From Calditrichia bacterium (lineage in GTDB: Bacteria; Calditrichota; Calditrichia; JAJRVZ01): a DNA stretch of 64,000 bases. The notes below the pieces were generated by a model that saw only the letters and a program-made list of their open reading frames with translations, did no database searches and had not been told where the DNA came from. The stretch spans positions 992,001 to 1,056,000 of the forward strand of contig CAWCNS010000005.1 in the NCBI GenBank assembly GCA_963796965.1. Reading direction: 5' to 3'. Position 1 is the stretch's first letter. Every line of letters starts with the position of its first letter. The position numbers were made by a program, and so were the translations under genes. Shown here piece after piece: positions 1 to 10,790 of this stretch.

Positions 1-5
1 ATCTT

Positions 6-1253
6 TTAAAAATCATAATAAAACAAAGCCGATATGCGGCTTGCCTGACCGGTTTCGCCATTTTTATTCCAGCGTTGTCCATAGGCAAATTCAAGCCCCA
101 GACGCGCGCCTTCTGTTATAGTCCAAAAACTATCCAAAGCTAAACTTATACTGTTTCGGTAGCTATCATCGGGCTGATAATCTTTGGTGAATAATTGGGC
201 ATAACCAAATGACAGGTTTATAGAAACATTTTGTATCCAGTCTAACCCATAGGACAAAAAACCACCAAAGGAGTATAGACTTTCAAATTCCTGCGATTCA
301 GGATTAAAAACAGCATCATTGCCGGTGCCGCTAAAGGTGGAAAAAAAGTGGGATATGGATTTGCCGTAGGCAATCTGATAAAGCAACTCATGTTTACCGG
401 GTATGTTTACCGTTCCTGAAAGCGAAGCACCAAGTCCGAAGGTATTGGAAATATTATAATTTACATCTCTTTTTGAGATTGTATTAAATACAGCTGATAA
501 TTGTACGATCCCCAACACACCCTCCCATACGAAGCGACCGGTTACATCAGGTATCACCTGAACTGTAGATACACCTGACGTATCAAAATCCTGAATGCTC
601 AAATCCGGTGTTGAATATTCAAGGGCTGCCGCCCAACGAATCCCCTTTTTACTCGTTCCACTATACCTGATTTGCGGCGTACGCAGAGAGATACTACCGG
701 TAAGACCATCACCATCAACCATAGCAGGTAAAGATGACACGTTGCTAAAAAGCGACCAGGTTTGTCCAACCAGGAACTGATCCACCTGGCCGTAAGCATG
801 ACGAATTCTATATTGCCCGGAACCTCCGTTAAAATCAGATTCAAGCCTGATAAAGACCTCAGTTGTTTCCAATTTACGCGTAATTTCAAATCCAATTCGC
901 GACTGATTCACGCTATTGCTGAAATTGAGAATATTTACATTATCTTCACCCGTAGGAATATAATAGGTATTAAATGATTTTTTTACGGGCAAATTAACCA
1001 TGTCATAGAGTACTGAATATCTGACGGAGCCAAGAATCCTTAATTGCATTTTTCCATCGGATGTGACAATGTATAAACCTCTGTCTTTGCCAATGTCCAG
1101 CGGGCTGAGTTCACGCTTTACAAGCGTATCCGCCTTGAATTGTTCTGACGGCCCAGTAGAGGATATCATCGTCTTTGATGTATCCGGATCCTGCGCAAAG
1201 ACTAAACCAGCGATTAAAGTTAAGAGAATTGTAATAATTAATGTTTTTTTCAT
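6..1253 (-). CDS. DcaP-family outer-membrane porin/transporter
   Basis: Signal peptide MKKTLIITILL..VFAQ from ATG 1253 with AGGAG RBS; motifs QSRIGFE, YRIRHAY, VGQTWSLF, RTPQIRY; C-terminal YYDF. The ORF-track extension to 1331 runs through a REP palindrome. Confidence 0.75.
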   Translation of the reverse strand: MKKTLIITILLTLIAGLVFAQDPDTSKTMISSTGPSEQFKADTLVKRELSPLDIGKDRGLYIVTSDGKMQLRILGSVRYSVLYDMVNLPVKKSFNTYYIPTGEDNVNILNFSNSVNQSRIGFEITRKLETTEVFIRLESDFNGGSGQYRIRHAYGQVDQFLVGQTWSLFSNVSSLPAMVDGDGLTGSISLRTPQIRYSGTSKKGIRWAAALEYSTPDLSIQDFDTSGVSTVQVIPDVTGRFVWEGVLGIVQLSAVFNTISKRDVNYNISNTFGLGASLSGTVNIPGKHELLYQIAYGKSISHFFSTFSGTGNDAVFNPESQEFESLYSFGGFLSYGLDWIQNVSINLSFGYAQLFTKDYQPDDSYRNSISLALDSFWTITEGARLGLEFAYGQRWNKNGETGQASRISALFYYDF

Positions 1254-1300
1254 CCCCACTCTCCTGTTATCGGCTACAGAATGATCAGACCGTGACAGAT

Positions 1301-1359
1301 GAGATCCTGAGACAAGCTCAGGATGACCCAATCGTCATCCCGAACTTGGTTCGGGATCT
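1301..1359. repeat. REP-like palindrome doublet (GAGATCCTGA..TCAGGATGAC / GTCATCCCGAAC..GTTCGGGATCT)
   Basis: Two inverted hairpins; related copies near 1555-1580, 7369-7390, 10575-10634 and 61766-61813. Confidence 0.65.
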
Positions 1360-1433
1360 AAAATGTGCATTCCCGGGAATAACCCGGGAGCGAGAATTCA
1401 ATAATTTTGAATCATATATTTGAGCACTATATC

Positions 1434-1511
1434 AGAATACGATATAAATAAGAATTTCAACAGACCAGAAGGTTGTATTTTTTTCTAAAAAGAGTTGTAA
1501 AAAAGTTGTAG
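1434..1511 (-). promoter_or_regulatory. TACAAC(T) triple-box operator plus -10 (site 1), upstream of DcaP-like gene
   Basis: + strand boxes at 1471 (GGTTGTA), 1493 and 1504 (AGTTGTA); GACC core at 1463; minus-strand TATTCT at 1434-1439. Confidence 0.65.
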
Positions 1512-1844
1512 GAAATCCGTTCAGGGTTAAAAGTTAAGGGCGACTTATGGGTTCAATCCCGAACAGTGATTCGGGATCTATCTGGAGTAATGGAGTATTG
1601 GCGTGATGGAGTTATATGATTGTAGTTATTGTTCTGATTTAAGAAGGTATCCAGGTCTTACAGCATACTAGATGAAACTGTGATATTAATTTTTCCACAA
1701 TGTGAGATGTAAAGAAAGTGTTTAGAAAAATTCATTGGATGAAATATGTCTGTAGACATAAACATTACCGTGAATATTTAATATTCAATTTTAATATTTC
1801 ACGGTTAATACAATTCATTAATCCTAAAATATCAATATTTATGA

Positions 1845-3005
1845 TTATTTCCCCCTAAATAGATGAGCGATTGGAACAATTTTTACATCGTTGATTGAAA
1901 AATACTCATCCCCTGGGTAAAAAAGGTACATTCTTACCTTCTTTTTCATACTTTTTGAAAATTCATATAGATTTCTGACATCTCTATTCGATGGTCGCCG
2001 GGTATTCTTTATCTCAATTGCATAGATATCACCACCACTCTCATATATCAGGTCTATTTCTCTGCCAGCGGCACTTTTATAGTAATAAAATCGATCACAG
2101 TTTATAAATCCAATTTTTCTTCTTTTTTCAAATTCAGATATCACAAAATTTTCTAATAGTTGACCCTCATTCAGCGGAATATTTAGACTTGTAAGTATAC
2201 CATTGTCTGAAAAATATGTTTTCGCGGCCTTAATAAATCTTTTCGCGGGTCCAAATTGATACCCATATAAACGAAATGTAAGCTCCGAATAGTGCATATT
2301 GTTCAAATATTTTTTAGTCGTTGGATAGCTCAGACCGGCTTCTCGTGCGAAGTTAGAAACTTCCAGGTGAGACCCGATACTTCTTGCCAAATGATGAAAT
2401 ATGGCTAAAAGGCCTTCCATATTCTCCATGTTAGATATCTGCATTAAGTCTCTGGTAAAATATGTATCCCGGTAATTCCGCAGCAATTCCACTTTATCTT
2501 CCGGTCTTTTTTGCGTTATTACTTCAGGGAACAATCCATATTTAAGAACATCTGGAAGCAACCGTTGTCCTTGTTTTAATAGAACCTGGTTTGTATTTAA
2601 TTCAAATACTTTATTTGAGGGAGTCCCCATATTTTCTCCCCAGCAAGCCGTTGGGAGTGAATATATCTGAATTCTGCCGGCCAGGGTATCCGTCATGGTC
2701 CCAAGCAGTCCAATTGAACTTGAACCTGTCATGAGTACATGGGCATTTTGGTTATCTATCGCATATTTTACAGCAATTGTCAGCGCCGGCTTGCGCTGAA
2801 TTTCATCTATGATTGTTTGCGGACCAAGATGATCGATTAGTCCTTTTGGATCCCTACTTGCCCAGTCCAAATAATCAAGATTATCCAGAGTAATATAATT
2901 ATAGTTCGGAAATCGCATTTTTAAGAGTGTTGTCTTGCCACTTCTCCGTGGGCCAATAATGAGACCACTCTTTTTCTTGTTTATTTCAATCCAACGTTCA
3001 AACAT
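1845..3005 (-). CDS. AAA_14 ATPase with C-terminal DUF4143 (ATP-binding protein)
   Basis: Walker A GPRRSGKT, Walker B IIDEIQ, TGSS motif, C-terminal YYYKSAAGREIDLI..AIEIK nuclease-like motif. Confidence 0.85.
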   Translation of the reverse strand: MFERWIEINKKKSGLIIGPRRSGKTTLLKMRFPNYNYITLDNLDYLDWASRDPKGLIDHLGPQTIIDEIQRKPALTIAVKYAIDNQNAHVLMTGSSSIGLLGTMTDTLAGRIQIYSLPTACWGENMGTPSNKVFELNTNQVLLKQGQRLLPDVLKYGLFPEVITQKRPEDKVELLRNYRDTYFTRDLMQISNMENMEGLLAIFHHLARSIGSHLEVSNFAREAGLSYPTTKKYLNNMHYSELTFRLYGYQFGPAKRFIKAAKTYFSDNGILTSLNIPLNEGQLLENFVISEFEKRRKIGFINCDRFYYYKSAAGREIDLIYESGGDIYAIEIKNTRRPSNRDVRNLYEFSKSMKKKVRMYLFYPGDEYFSINDVKIVPIAHLFRGK

Positions 3006-3456
3006 AGTTTAAATATAACATGGATATTTTTAAAGTCAAGTATTAATATATCCATGCTATTTATAATATTAGAATTAACTCCTGAATAGTTAATACATTT
3101 AATGACAACATCTAAAGTATAGATCACCGGATTGTAAGGTTTTGATGAGAAAAGAATAAATTGAATGATGGAGCATGTTATAACCATCAACCTTGAACCT
3201 TTGAAATCTTGGCTAAATCTTGGATGATTTAGCAAATTACCAATTACAAATTACTAATTACGATTTTGCCTCAATACTCCACCACTCCAATACTCCAACT
3301 TTGAACCTTAAAAAAAATCGGCTCCGGTATTGGTGATCATCAGCGACCGGAGGTCCATGGTTTTCTGCCCGGAAGGAAGTCCTCCCACCTCCCCTTCCCG
3401 CACAGGTGGGATGCAAAATGACAGGAGCCGTATAACGGGGTTGTGGTAGTTCTGCC

Positions 3457-3531
3457 AGCCCCGGAGGGGCGACATATTTATAGCAAGCGGTCACTCCTAA
3501 ATTTACACCAGCTCCAGAGGAGCGTAATATC
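3457..3531. repeat. REP doublet GCCCCGGAGGGGCG..TATAGC..GCTCCAGAGGAGCG
   Basis: Near-identical copies at about 48729-48802 and 62002-62077; inverted copies at about 48583-48655 and 61837-61910. Confidence 0.75.
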
Positions 3532-3571
3532 AAAATGATTTCGCCTCGTTAATCACAGATTAATCATAAAT

Positions 3572-3602
3572 AAAAAGGCGGGCACAGAGCACCCGCCTTT
3601 TA
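3572..3602. terminator. Probable bidirectional intrinsic terminator
   Basis: AAAAAGGCGGG-cacagagca-CCCGCCTTTTT, 70 bp downstream of the DUF1254 gene ending at 3670. Confidence 0.7.
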
Positions 3603-3669
3603 TAACAATTTCCTTTAATCTATTGAAGCATTTTACACATTTTGCAAATTATGATCACTGGCATTTCAT

Positions 3670-5156
3670 TTATTTTGCTTTTTGAATGTCTGGTAAAATC
3701 CATGTTTTATCTAAAAATGGCTTAGCGGGTGAGTAAAAGCGGAAATATGGGAACCAACCTTTTCCGGCTACCGTTTCAATCCAATTCTTAGCCTTGTCTC
3801 CTTCAGGTTTTGTAGGACCCAAATAAAGTGTCACTGAGCCGTCAGAATTTTCCAGTAAATCCATTCGTGAAGAGCGGTCAGCTTGCTTCGTATTATTTAC
3901 GGTAATACATCGTGTATCAACATCATATATGGTCATCGACCAAAATGCTTTGGCGGGTGCATTGGCGGGTACATTTAACACATAATCAACGCCGGTGTCT
4001 AACCAGTCGCCATCGCCATCCTGATAGGCAGCCATATACACCTGTCCTACACCGGTTTCTTGTCCATGCATCATCGGGTCGTTGGTAACAGCTTCATAAA
4101 ACCAGGCTGCCCGTTCATCTAAATCGTCATGATTTTCATGGCGTTGAGAAGGCGAACAAACTGAGGCATACTCCCAATTTGACCCTTCAACGTAGTGGGA
4201 ATTTAGAAAGCGAGGATTGAAAAAATCGAGTGCTTTGGTCATTGCTTCGCCAACCAGTACCCCTTGTTTAAGAATTTCGGTTAAGCGTTCGTCCGGATTG
4301 AAGGGTTTACCCTTTTCAATACCAATTGATTTGAGCATGGCCATGTAAAAACGGTCGCGCTCAGCAACCGGTTCTCTATTGATGATTTCATGCAATCTTT
4401 TCCAATATTCCATTCCTCTGGGCTGCCATTGCGACCAGCTTTTACCATCTGGTGTAATGTATCCTCGTGGTCGAGGGGCATCTTTTTCTGAATAGGGATA
4501 GATTTTAATCTCCTTCAGAGCTGCCATGCGCACTTCACGGTCTTTCGACATTAATCTAATGCCCGCCATAAAATTCATAGTCGTCATTTGAATGACATTA
4601 AAGCCTGCTTTTTCTGCACCCCCGGGTACTTCCTGGCCCGGCCCGACAAACAAGTATTTCCCCGGCTTGGTCATCTGAGCAACACCAATTTGCCAAAAAT
4701 CGTTGGCAGCTCCACGGACTTCTGCTTCGGGCATTTCAATAACCCATGGGCCTTCATTTAAGTCGATAAATGGAACAGCATATGGTGTAGTGGTATTAAA
4801 AGTCAATCCACCCAATTTGTCTTCATAACTTTCCATAAAAACAATTTGTCCATTTTCTGCGCCCAACATTTCATTGTGGGCATATTGCCATTGCGCGAAA
4901 GATACAATAGGTGTCGCCCAAATATAGACCTGACAGGCGCGTTGAAAATCAAGTTCATCGAACAATTTTTGCTGGGTTTCATTGCTTGGATAGCCTTTTG
5001 TAAACTCATGGGTGAAGTTGAGCGTACCTATTTGCGTCTCGACGCTCGATCCTGGTTTGTTTGCAGTTGTTCCGTTTCTGATCGTTCACCACAACCGGTA
5101 ATTGCAGTGATAATAACCACGATCAAAACAATTTTGAATAAATCTTTCATTTTCAT
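3670..5156 (-). CDS. DUF1254/DUF1214 lipoprotein, paralog 1 (frameshift near 5045)
   Basis: Lipobox ITG-C after ATG 5156; the second frame gives VETQIGTL..ELDFQRACQ, LTFNTTTPY, FWSMTIYD, FRFYSP. Confidence 0.8.
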
Positions 5157-5235
5157 TTTTCGTTCTCTCTTTCTTATAGGTAATTTAAATACGTTGTAGT
5201 CCATCTTAAAGAGGGACTACAACATTGATGGATCA

Positions 5236-6792
5236 CTATTTCACCAAATTTAGTTCACTGGGTCTCCATGTTTGGTCTATCCAAGGTTGCAGTGGACCAT
5301 ATAAACGGAAGATTATAAACCAGCTCTTACCTGGTATGGTTTGAATCCAGTTGTTTTCCCATCCTTTCGGCGCTTCCGAAGCGAAGTAGATGTCGATGGA
5401 TCCGTCTTTATTTTTCTTAGGGCCTTTGCCATAGCCGTCAATGCTGGCAAACTGCTGGTCGGTCTGTAGCATGGAACGGGTTTGTGTGTCATAAATAGTA
5501 ACTGACCAGTTATCTTTTACCGGAACATTTGGAGGCAAATGTAATCTGTAAGTTTTTGAACCATCCAAAGGATTGTGATCGCCATCCATATCGGCAATAC
5601 CATAATCAGAACCCAAACCTGTTTGGTAACTGCCATAGAAGGCGTTACACAAATGGCATTGTAATGCAACCATAAACGGGAATCGTAACGACGTGCTCCA
5701 TCCTTGTTAAAATAAGTGTCCTTATCGGCATAGCCCATCACCCATTCGCTGTCGGTGTCTTTGTAAATGTAAGCCCCCGGGTCACGAGGCCAAGTTGTGT
5801 TCGCACGTGAATATGCATTCCCAAGTTTTACGGCCTCGGTAAGAATACGACGCATACGTTGATCGGGGTTAAACACTTTCCCTTTTACAATACCTATGGA
5901 AGCAATTAAACCACGCGTTTCAACATCAATAAAGTCAAGTGGTTCTTCTTGAATAATTTGGTCTAAAATCTTCATAAAAACTGAAATCATTTGGAGGAAG
6001 AGTGTTATATCCTTCTACACCTGACATGTTTCTGAAATCCATTTTTGGTGGATTGTCTTTCATCGCCAAAGGATACACCTTTAGATTATTCTTAATATTT
6101 TCAAAAGTACCTTTTACACTTGTTCTTACATAACCTCGCATAAAATTCCATACGGTATAGGTTTTTGAATGATATACATGATAACCTTCAGGAATATCTC
6201 CATCATACCCAGGAGGTAGCAAAAGGTATTTTCCGCCTTTTCCTTTATCAGGTCCGGCCATACCTATATCACCAACCCAACGCATATACATATCATCCCA
6301 CATGCCCAGTACGTCGGCCGGCACCTCGATCACAGTCGGGCCGTCCTTCTTCAGGTCGAAGAAGCCAAGCGTATAAAGCGCAGTGCCATTAGGCGTTAAC
6401 CAACGGGTTTTTGAGTCCATTAATTCTTCCCATATGAGAATTTGATTCGATGTTTCTGCTCCAAATTCGTGTTGCGCCCTACGTAAGTTAAACATCGAAA
6501 CAGCTGGAATCATATTCACATAAACCTGCACTGCACGGGCCTGATCCATATAATCGAATATTTTCTCTTTGGTATCACCAATGGGTACACCATCAAAAAA
6601 CTCTAGCGTTCCTATGGTCGTTTCAACCTTATCAGGCGTTGTTACTTGATTTGGTGTGGAAGTGGTCATTTTATAATCTTTCAACTGAGCCACAGCAGGT
6701 GAAACCATACTGATGGCAAGAGCTGCCACTAATACTGAATTGATAAATGTTTTTCTTTTCATTACTCTTCCTTTAATCGCTTTAGTATTCAT
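5236..6792 (-). CDS. DUF1254/DUF1214 exported protein, paralog 2 (two frameshifts)
   Basis: Fragments 5935-6792, 5517-5990 and 5236-5673 join collinearly with the intact paralog at 49985-51538 (GPDKGKGGKYL, WSVTIYDTQTR, FRLYGP). Confidence 0.8.
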
Positions 6793-7027
6793 TTTTTATT
6801 CTCCTGATTTTTTAATTTATTGCGTTATTATTGGAATAAAAGGTATATCTTCTTCTCTTTTTCTCAGACCTCCTTTCTGAAATCAAAATTTTTGTTATTT
6901 AGAATTTCTCCTCCATAATCTTCCCTCCCTTTCAACTTTTGAATTCCTATTGATTAAATTATCATTCATTATTATTAGATGACTGCGTTCCCCGCTTGTA
7001 CCTGCGAACGTAGATTATTTTTATGAT

Positions 7028-7280
7028 CTACAACATTTCTACACTTATCACGGTCAGATAGGAAAGTCTGTTACAAGGCATACAGAATACCGGCCAATGC
7101 CGCCTGGTCACTGACCTTGCCTTTGAGTACTGAAACCGGTTTTTCTCCTTCCACTTGCAGTATGGTAATTTCCATTCCCCTTAAACAATCAGCCCAATCC
7201 GGGGATAGATCGCCCAGAACCTTAATACGGTAGAATGCCGGGGTGCTAAAGCCGATTTTTTTGTCTATTGTTTGATTCAT
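7028..7280 (-). CDS. Small conserved protein, copy 1 (YRI.V.G.L...W / DQAAL.G.L motif); C-terminus frameshifted
   Basis: Clear similarity to 33070-33339 and 47989-48270; the tail LTVISVEML* continues in another frame to 7028. Confidence 0.7.
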
Positions 7281-7421
7281 TTTAAAAAACTCATTTTTCA
7301 GAGAAGATGAGAGTTAATACAACTTAATTTGATAGTATCCTCAAATATTTTAATGAGACCCTGTTATTATGCCGAACCTGGTTCGGGATTTGTCCTGAGA
7401 AGCCATAAATAATTTGATATT

Positions 7422-7480
7422 AATTTAGGCTAAAGAAATTGGTATGATCAATAAACGAAAGTTGATTATGGTTGATTATG
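7422..7480 (-). promoter_or_regulatory. Variant operator (GTTGATTATG x2) with candidate -10 TAAATT
   Basis: CGAAAGTTGATTATGGTTGATTATG at 7456-7480, in the position equivalent to the TACAACT motif and upstream of the small gene. Confidence 0.4.
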
Positions 7481-7578
7481 AGGTGGGATTTAGCATGAAG
7501 GCATGAAACGGGTTCAGGGTGTTATCCCAGACTTATTTCCGGATCTGTTTTGCAGGGGCGGTTTATGAACCGCTCTAA

Positions 7579-10320
7579 TTATAAAGTATTTGTAAAACCA
7601 AATTTTCTGGCAGCATTAAGCAAGCCAATGCGATTCGTCACATTCATTTTTTGGCAAATATTATGAATATGCCTTTTTATGGTACCTTCGGCGACAAATA
7701 GTTTATCGGCAATTTCTTTGTTTCTTAATCCGGAAGACATCAGCCCGATGATTTCCCTTTCACGTAATGAAATTTTCTCACCAACCTTTACCATGTCGGC
7801 GTCCTGAGCGGATTTGTGTATCTCCTCCTTCTGTACCAATAAGTCTTCATTGGTTATCATAGTGCATGTTTTTGAATTTTTTACGCACCCTCTCTAGAAA
7901 AGATGATCGGGATTCGCTCTCAGGTAAATGATTTAACAGATCAGCCATTTCAGGCCCGGCTTCAATAAATGGACGAATCCAGTTGCCTGACCCGGCTAAA
8001 AAGACCACCTCATTCATGATTTTTAGCGCCTCTTTCATGTCTCCCTGTTTTTTAAGCAGCAGCGCTTGCAGGACCAGGCCTTCGATGGTTTGATTAACGA
8101 ACCGGCATTTTTTACTCATCGACAGAAATTCATTTAACAGGGAGGCCGCTTTGCTTAAACTCTCAGGTATGCCATGCGCTATTAATACTCTTACTTGTGT
8201 GATGATCGGAATTTCCAGCCAGGCAAACATTTCTGAAGGCGCTGGTGCTTCGCTAACCGTCTTCTCCCATTTCAAAGCCTATGTCACATCTCCACGCAGC
8301 AGGGCCAGGCGTGCACGGCAGGATGCACCGATTATTTCAAACTGAGGCTCATTCAGATCAGTGATATAAAACTATCTAAAAAGTCCAATGACTTATCCGC
8401 ATCTGCTGTTTTCTGCATCAATTGCTCTGTAATCACCTGTCCGGCCAATCCATCGATCGCCGTTCGTTTATGCATGATGTATCGTTTTTGAGCGGCCATT
8501 GAAAATCTATGGAAGGCCTCCTCCAGTCCATATTCATGGAAGTAGGAGCCGGCTTCCAGGCAGATCCCCATGGCATTGGTATACCTAAGATCGTGTCTTT
8601 GGCGCAAGATCCTGCAGAATACCTGGCATTCCTTTCGAAAAAGCATCAAGTCTCCGGAAAACAGGTGGATGTACAGGAAGCCACCAACCAACCGGGAATG
8701 ATACAATCCACTTCCTTTGCCCTCAACCTGTAATTTGGTCAGCTCGTTCAGGGCCAGTTCTTTTTGCCCCGTCATATAACGCGCCCAGCTGAAGCGCAGA
8801 GTCAATAAATCCACCTATAAGTTTACGATGATCCGGTAGAAGTGCCCGCGCTTTCTACAAATTATTCTGGCTTTTCTCTCCTTCACCACCCCAATAATCA
8901 AGCACCCCGTGAAACAGATACATTTCTCCCGCTAAAGCCTGATCTTCTTCCTGTTTATCTATAATTAATTTCACCTGTTCTAAAATGGCAGGGATTCTAT
9001 CCAGTTCAAAATGCTCTCATATTCAATCCAGGCCTGGGAGAGTAAAAGGTGGGGACGTTGTTGACGTAGTTCTTCCGGAAGCATCTCCAGCCATAGTTGC
9101 ACCACATACCATCTGTCATCATTCAGTGAACCATCCATACGATGACGTTCCACGATATTGCATGCTTCTACCGCATTGCCACTTGCCAGCATATGCCGGA
9201 TAGCCTCTTTAATTAAATTTAACTGTTCAAAACAATTGCTGGCATGAGCATGTATGCGGGATATCTCAATATCCGTTTTCTGCTCTTTTAGTTTTGCTTG
9301 TAATAATTCCTAAAATAAATGATGATAGCGAAACCACTTTCGCTCATCATCAAGTTCAACGATAAAAAGGTTCGATTTGAGCAACCATTCTACGAATTCA
9401 GCACCTGTAAACGACTGCTTTATATCCTTTTCGCCCAAATCAATTGCATCAATCAGTTCCGCAGAAAATCGATCCAATATGGCGGTTTTCAATAATAAAT
9501 CCTGTATCCGCTCAGATTGTTGTGAAAAAACTTCCTCAATGAGGTAGCGTGATAAGGAATAACTATCCCCTTGCAGATTAGCAATGATCTACCTGCATCC
9601 TCTATTTCCCTTATCGCTAATAATACAATTCTGAGACCAACGATCCAGCCTTCGGTTTTGTTATAAAGTGCTGCAACTGTTTCTTTTTTTAACGTGCGAT
9701 GATGTAATTTCAGAAATAATTCTGCAATTTCCGCGTCATTAAAAGCCAATTCATTCATCCGCAATTCCGTCATTCGCCCGTTTGCGGATAACACATTAAG
9801 TTTCAGGGGAGCATCAATTCTGGAGAGAATGGAGAGATGAAGGTTTCCGGCGGAAAGTGACAGAGTTCATTGACCAGATAGTGAATTTTATCGTTTTGTA
9901 TGTGTTGATAGTCATCAAGCACAAGAATAAAATCCTCATTAATCCGGTCCAAATCATTGATCACAGAATAGGTAATCACCTTTATTGGTGGTAATTTAAC
10001 GGATTGAAACAGATTTCGTGTTTCTTTAAAAGCACCGGGAAACAATTTTTCAAACAGGCTGCCTGCAGGTAGAGGAAAAAAATTCGCAGATTATTATGTT
10101 CCTCATCGAGTGATAACCAGGTGTGAGGAAACTCACACTCTTCCAGCCATCGACTAACCAGAATACTTTTTCCATATCCTGCCGGGGCACAAACAAGGCT
10201 GACCGGTTTGTCGCGACCCTTTTGAAGCAACTCTAATAAATGAGGACGGGCAATCAAATCTTCACCAATCGCCGGACGATGCAGTTTGGTTCTTAATATT
10301 ATATTGTCATTTCTGTGCAT
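7579..10320 (-). CDS. MalT-like STAND ATPase / TPR / LuxR-HTH regulator 1 (heavily frameshifted; may be a pseudogene)
   Basis: ILRTKLHRP, APAGYGKS, LVLDDY, TEGW, WFRYHHLF and a C-terminal LuxR HTH (LREREII..GLRNKEIADKL) spread over eight ORF fragments. Confidence 0.85.
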
Positions 10321-10456
10321 AAATGCTCATCCACAAGAAATTTATTTCCTGTAAATTTTGTCAAAAATATTCTATTCAAATATTATTAGATACGATATTA
10401 TAAAAGCCATGATAGTTGATTATTTTCAAATAAGTGAATATAAAATGGATTAATTG

Positions 10457-10533
10457 AATGTATGGCAGGTAAAACAGTCACAACAGACCTGATAGTTGTA
10501 AGTTTTGCGAAAAAAGTTGTAAAAAAGTTGTAG
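10457..10533 (-). promoter_or_regulatory. TACAACT triple-box operator plus -10 (site 2), upstream of MalT-like gene 1
   Basis: AGTTGTA at 10494, 10515 and 10526; GACC at 10486; minus-strand TACATT at 10457-10462. Confidence 0.65.
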
Positions 10534-10638
10534 GACGGGCCCGTTGAGGGTTAAAAGTTAAGGGCAACATATGAGTCATCCCGACCAGGCCTGGTCTCTG
10601 CTGCGCTTTCAGGACAGGCTTGATTCGGGGATCTATCT

Positions 10639-10790
10639 GGAGGAATGGAGTGTTGGAGGAATGGAGTGATGGAGTAGTGATTGGAGAAATTGTTTGTTGG
10701 AGTGTTGGAGTAATGGAATAGTGGAAATAATGAAACATATTAATAGATGAACTATGTTTACACCACTCCAACACTCCAATACTCCAACTT
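10639..10790. repeat. 8-mer inverted-array hairpin element (GGAGTRWT)n..(WYACTCCA)n, empty form
   Basis: Period-8 arms face each other across a short loop; about 12 copies occur in the window. Confidence 0.8.

Noticed and set aside
10478..10774. Short ORFs rich in MEYWS / YSITPLLQ (also 28516-28809, 30194-30556, 49758-49961, 52774-52968, 58224-58430)
   Set aside because: They are translations of the 8-mer repeat arrays or antisense overlaps, not credible proteins.
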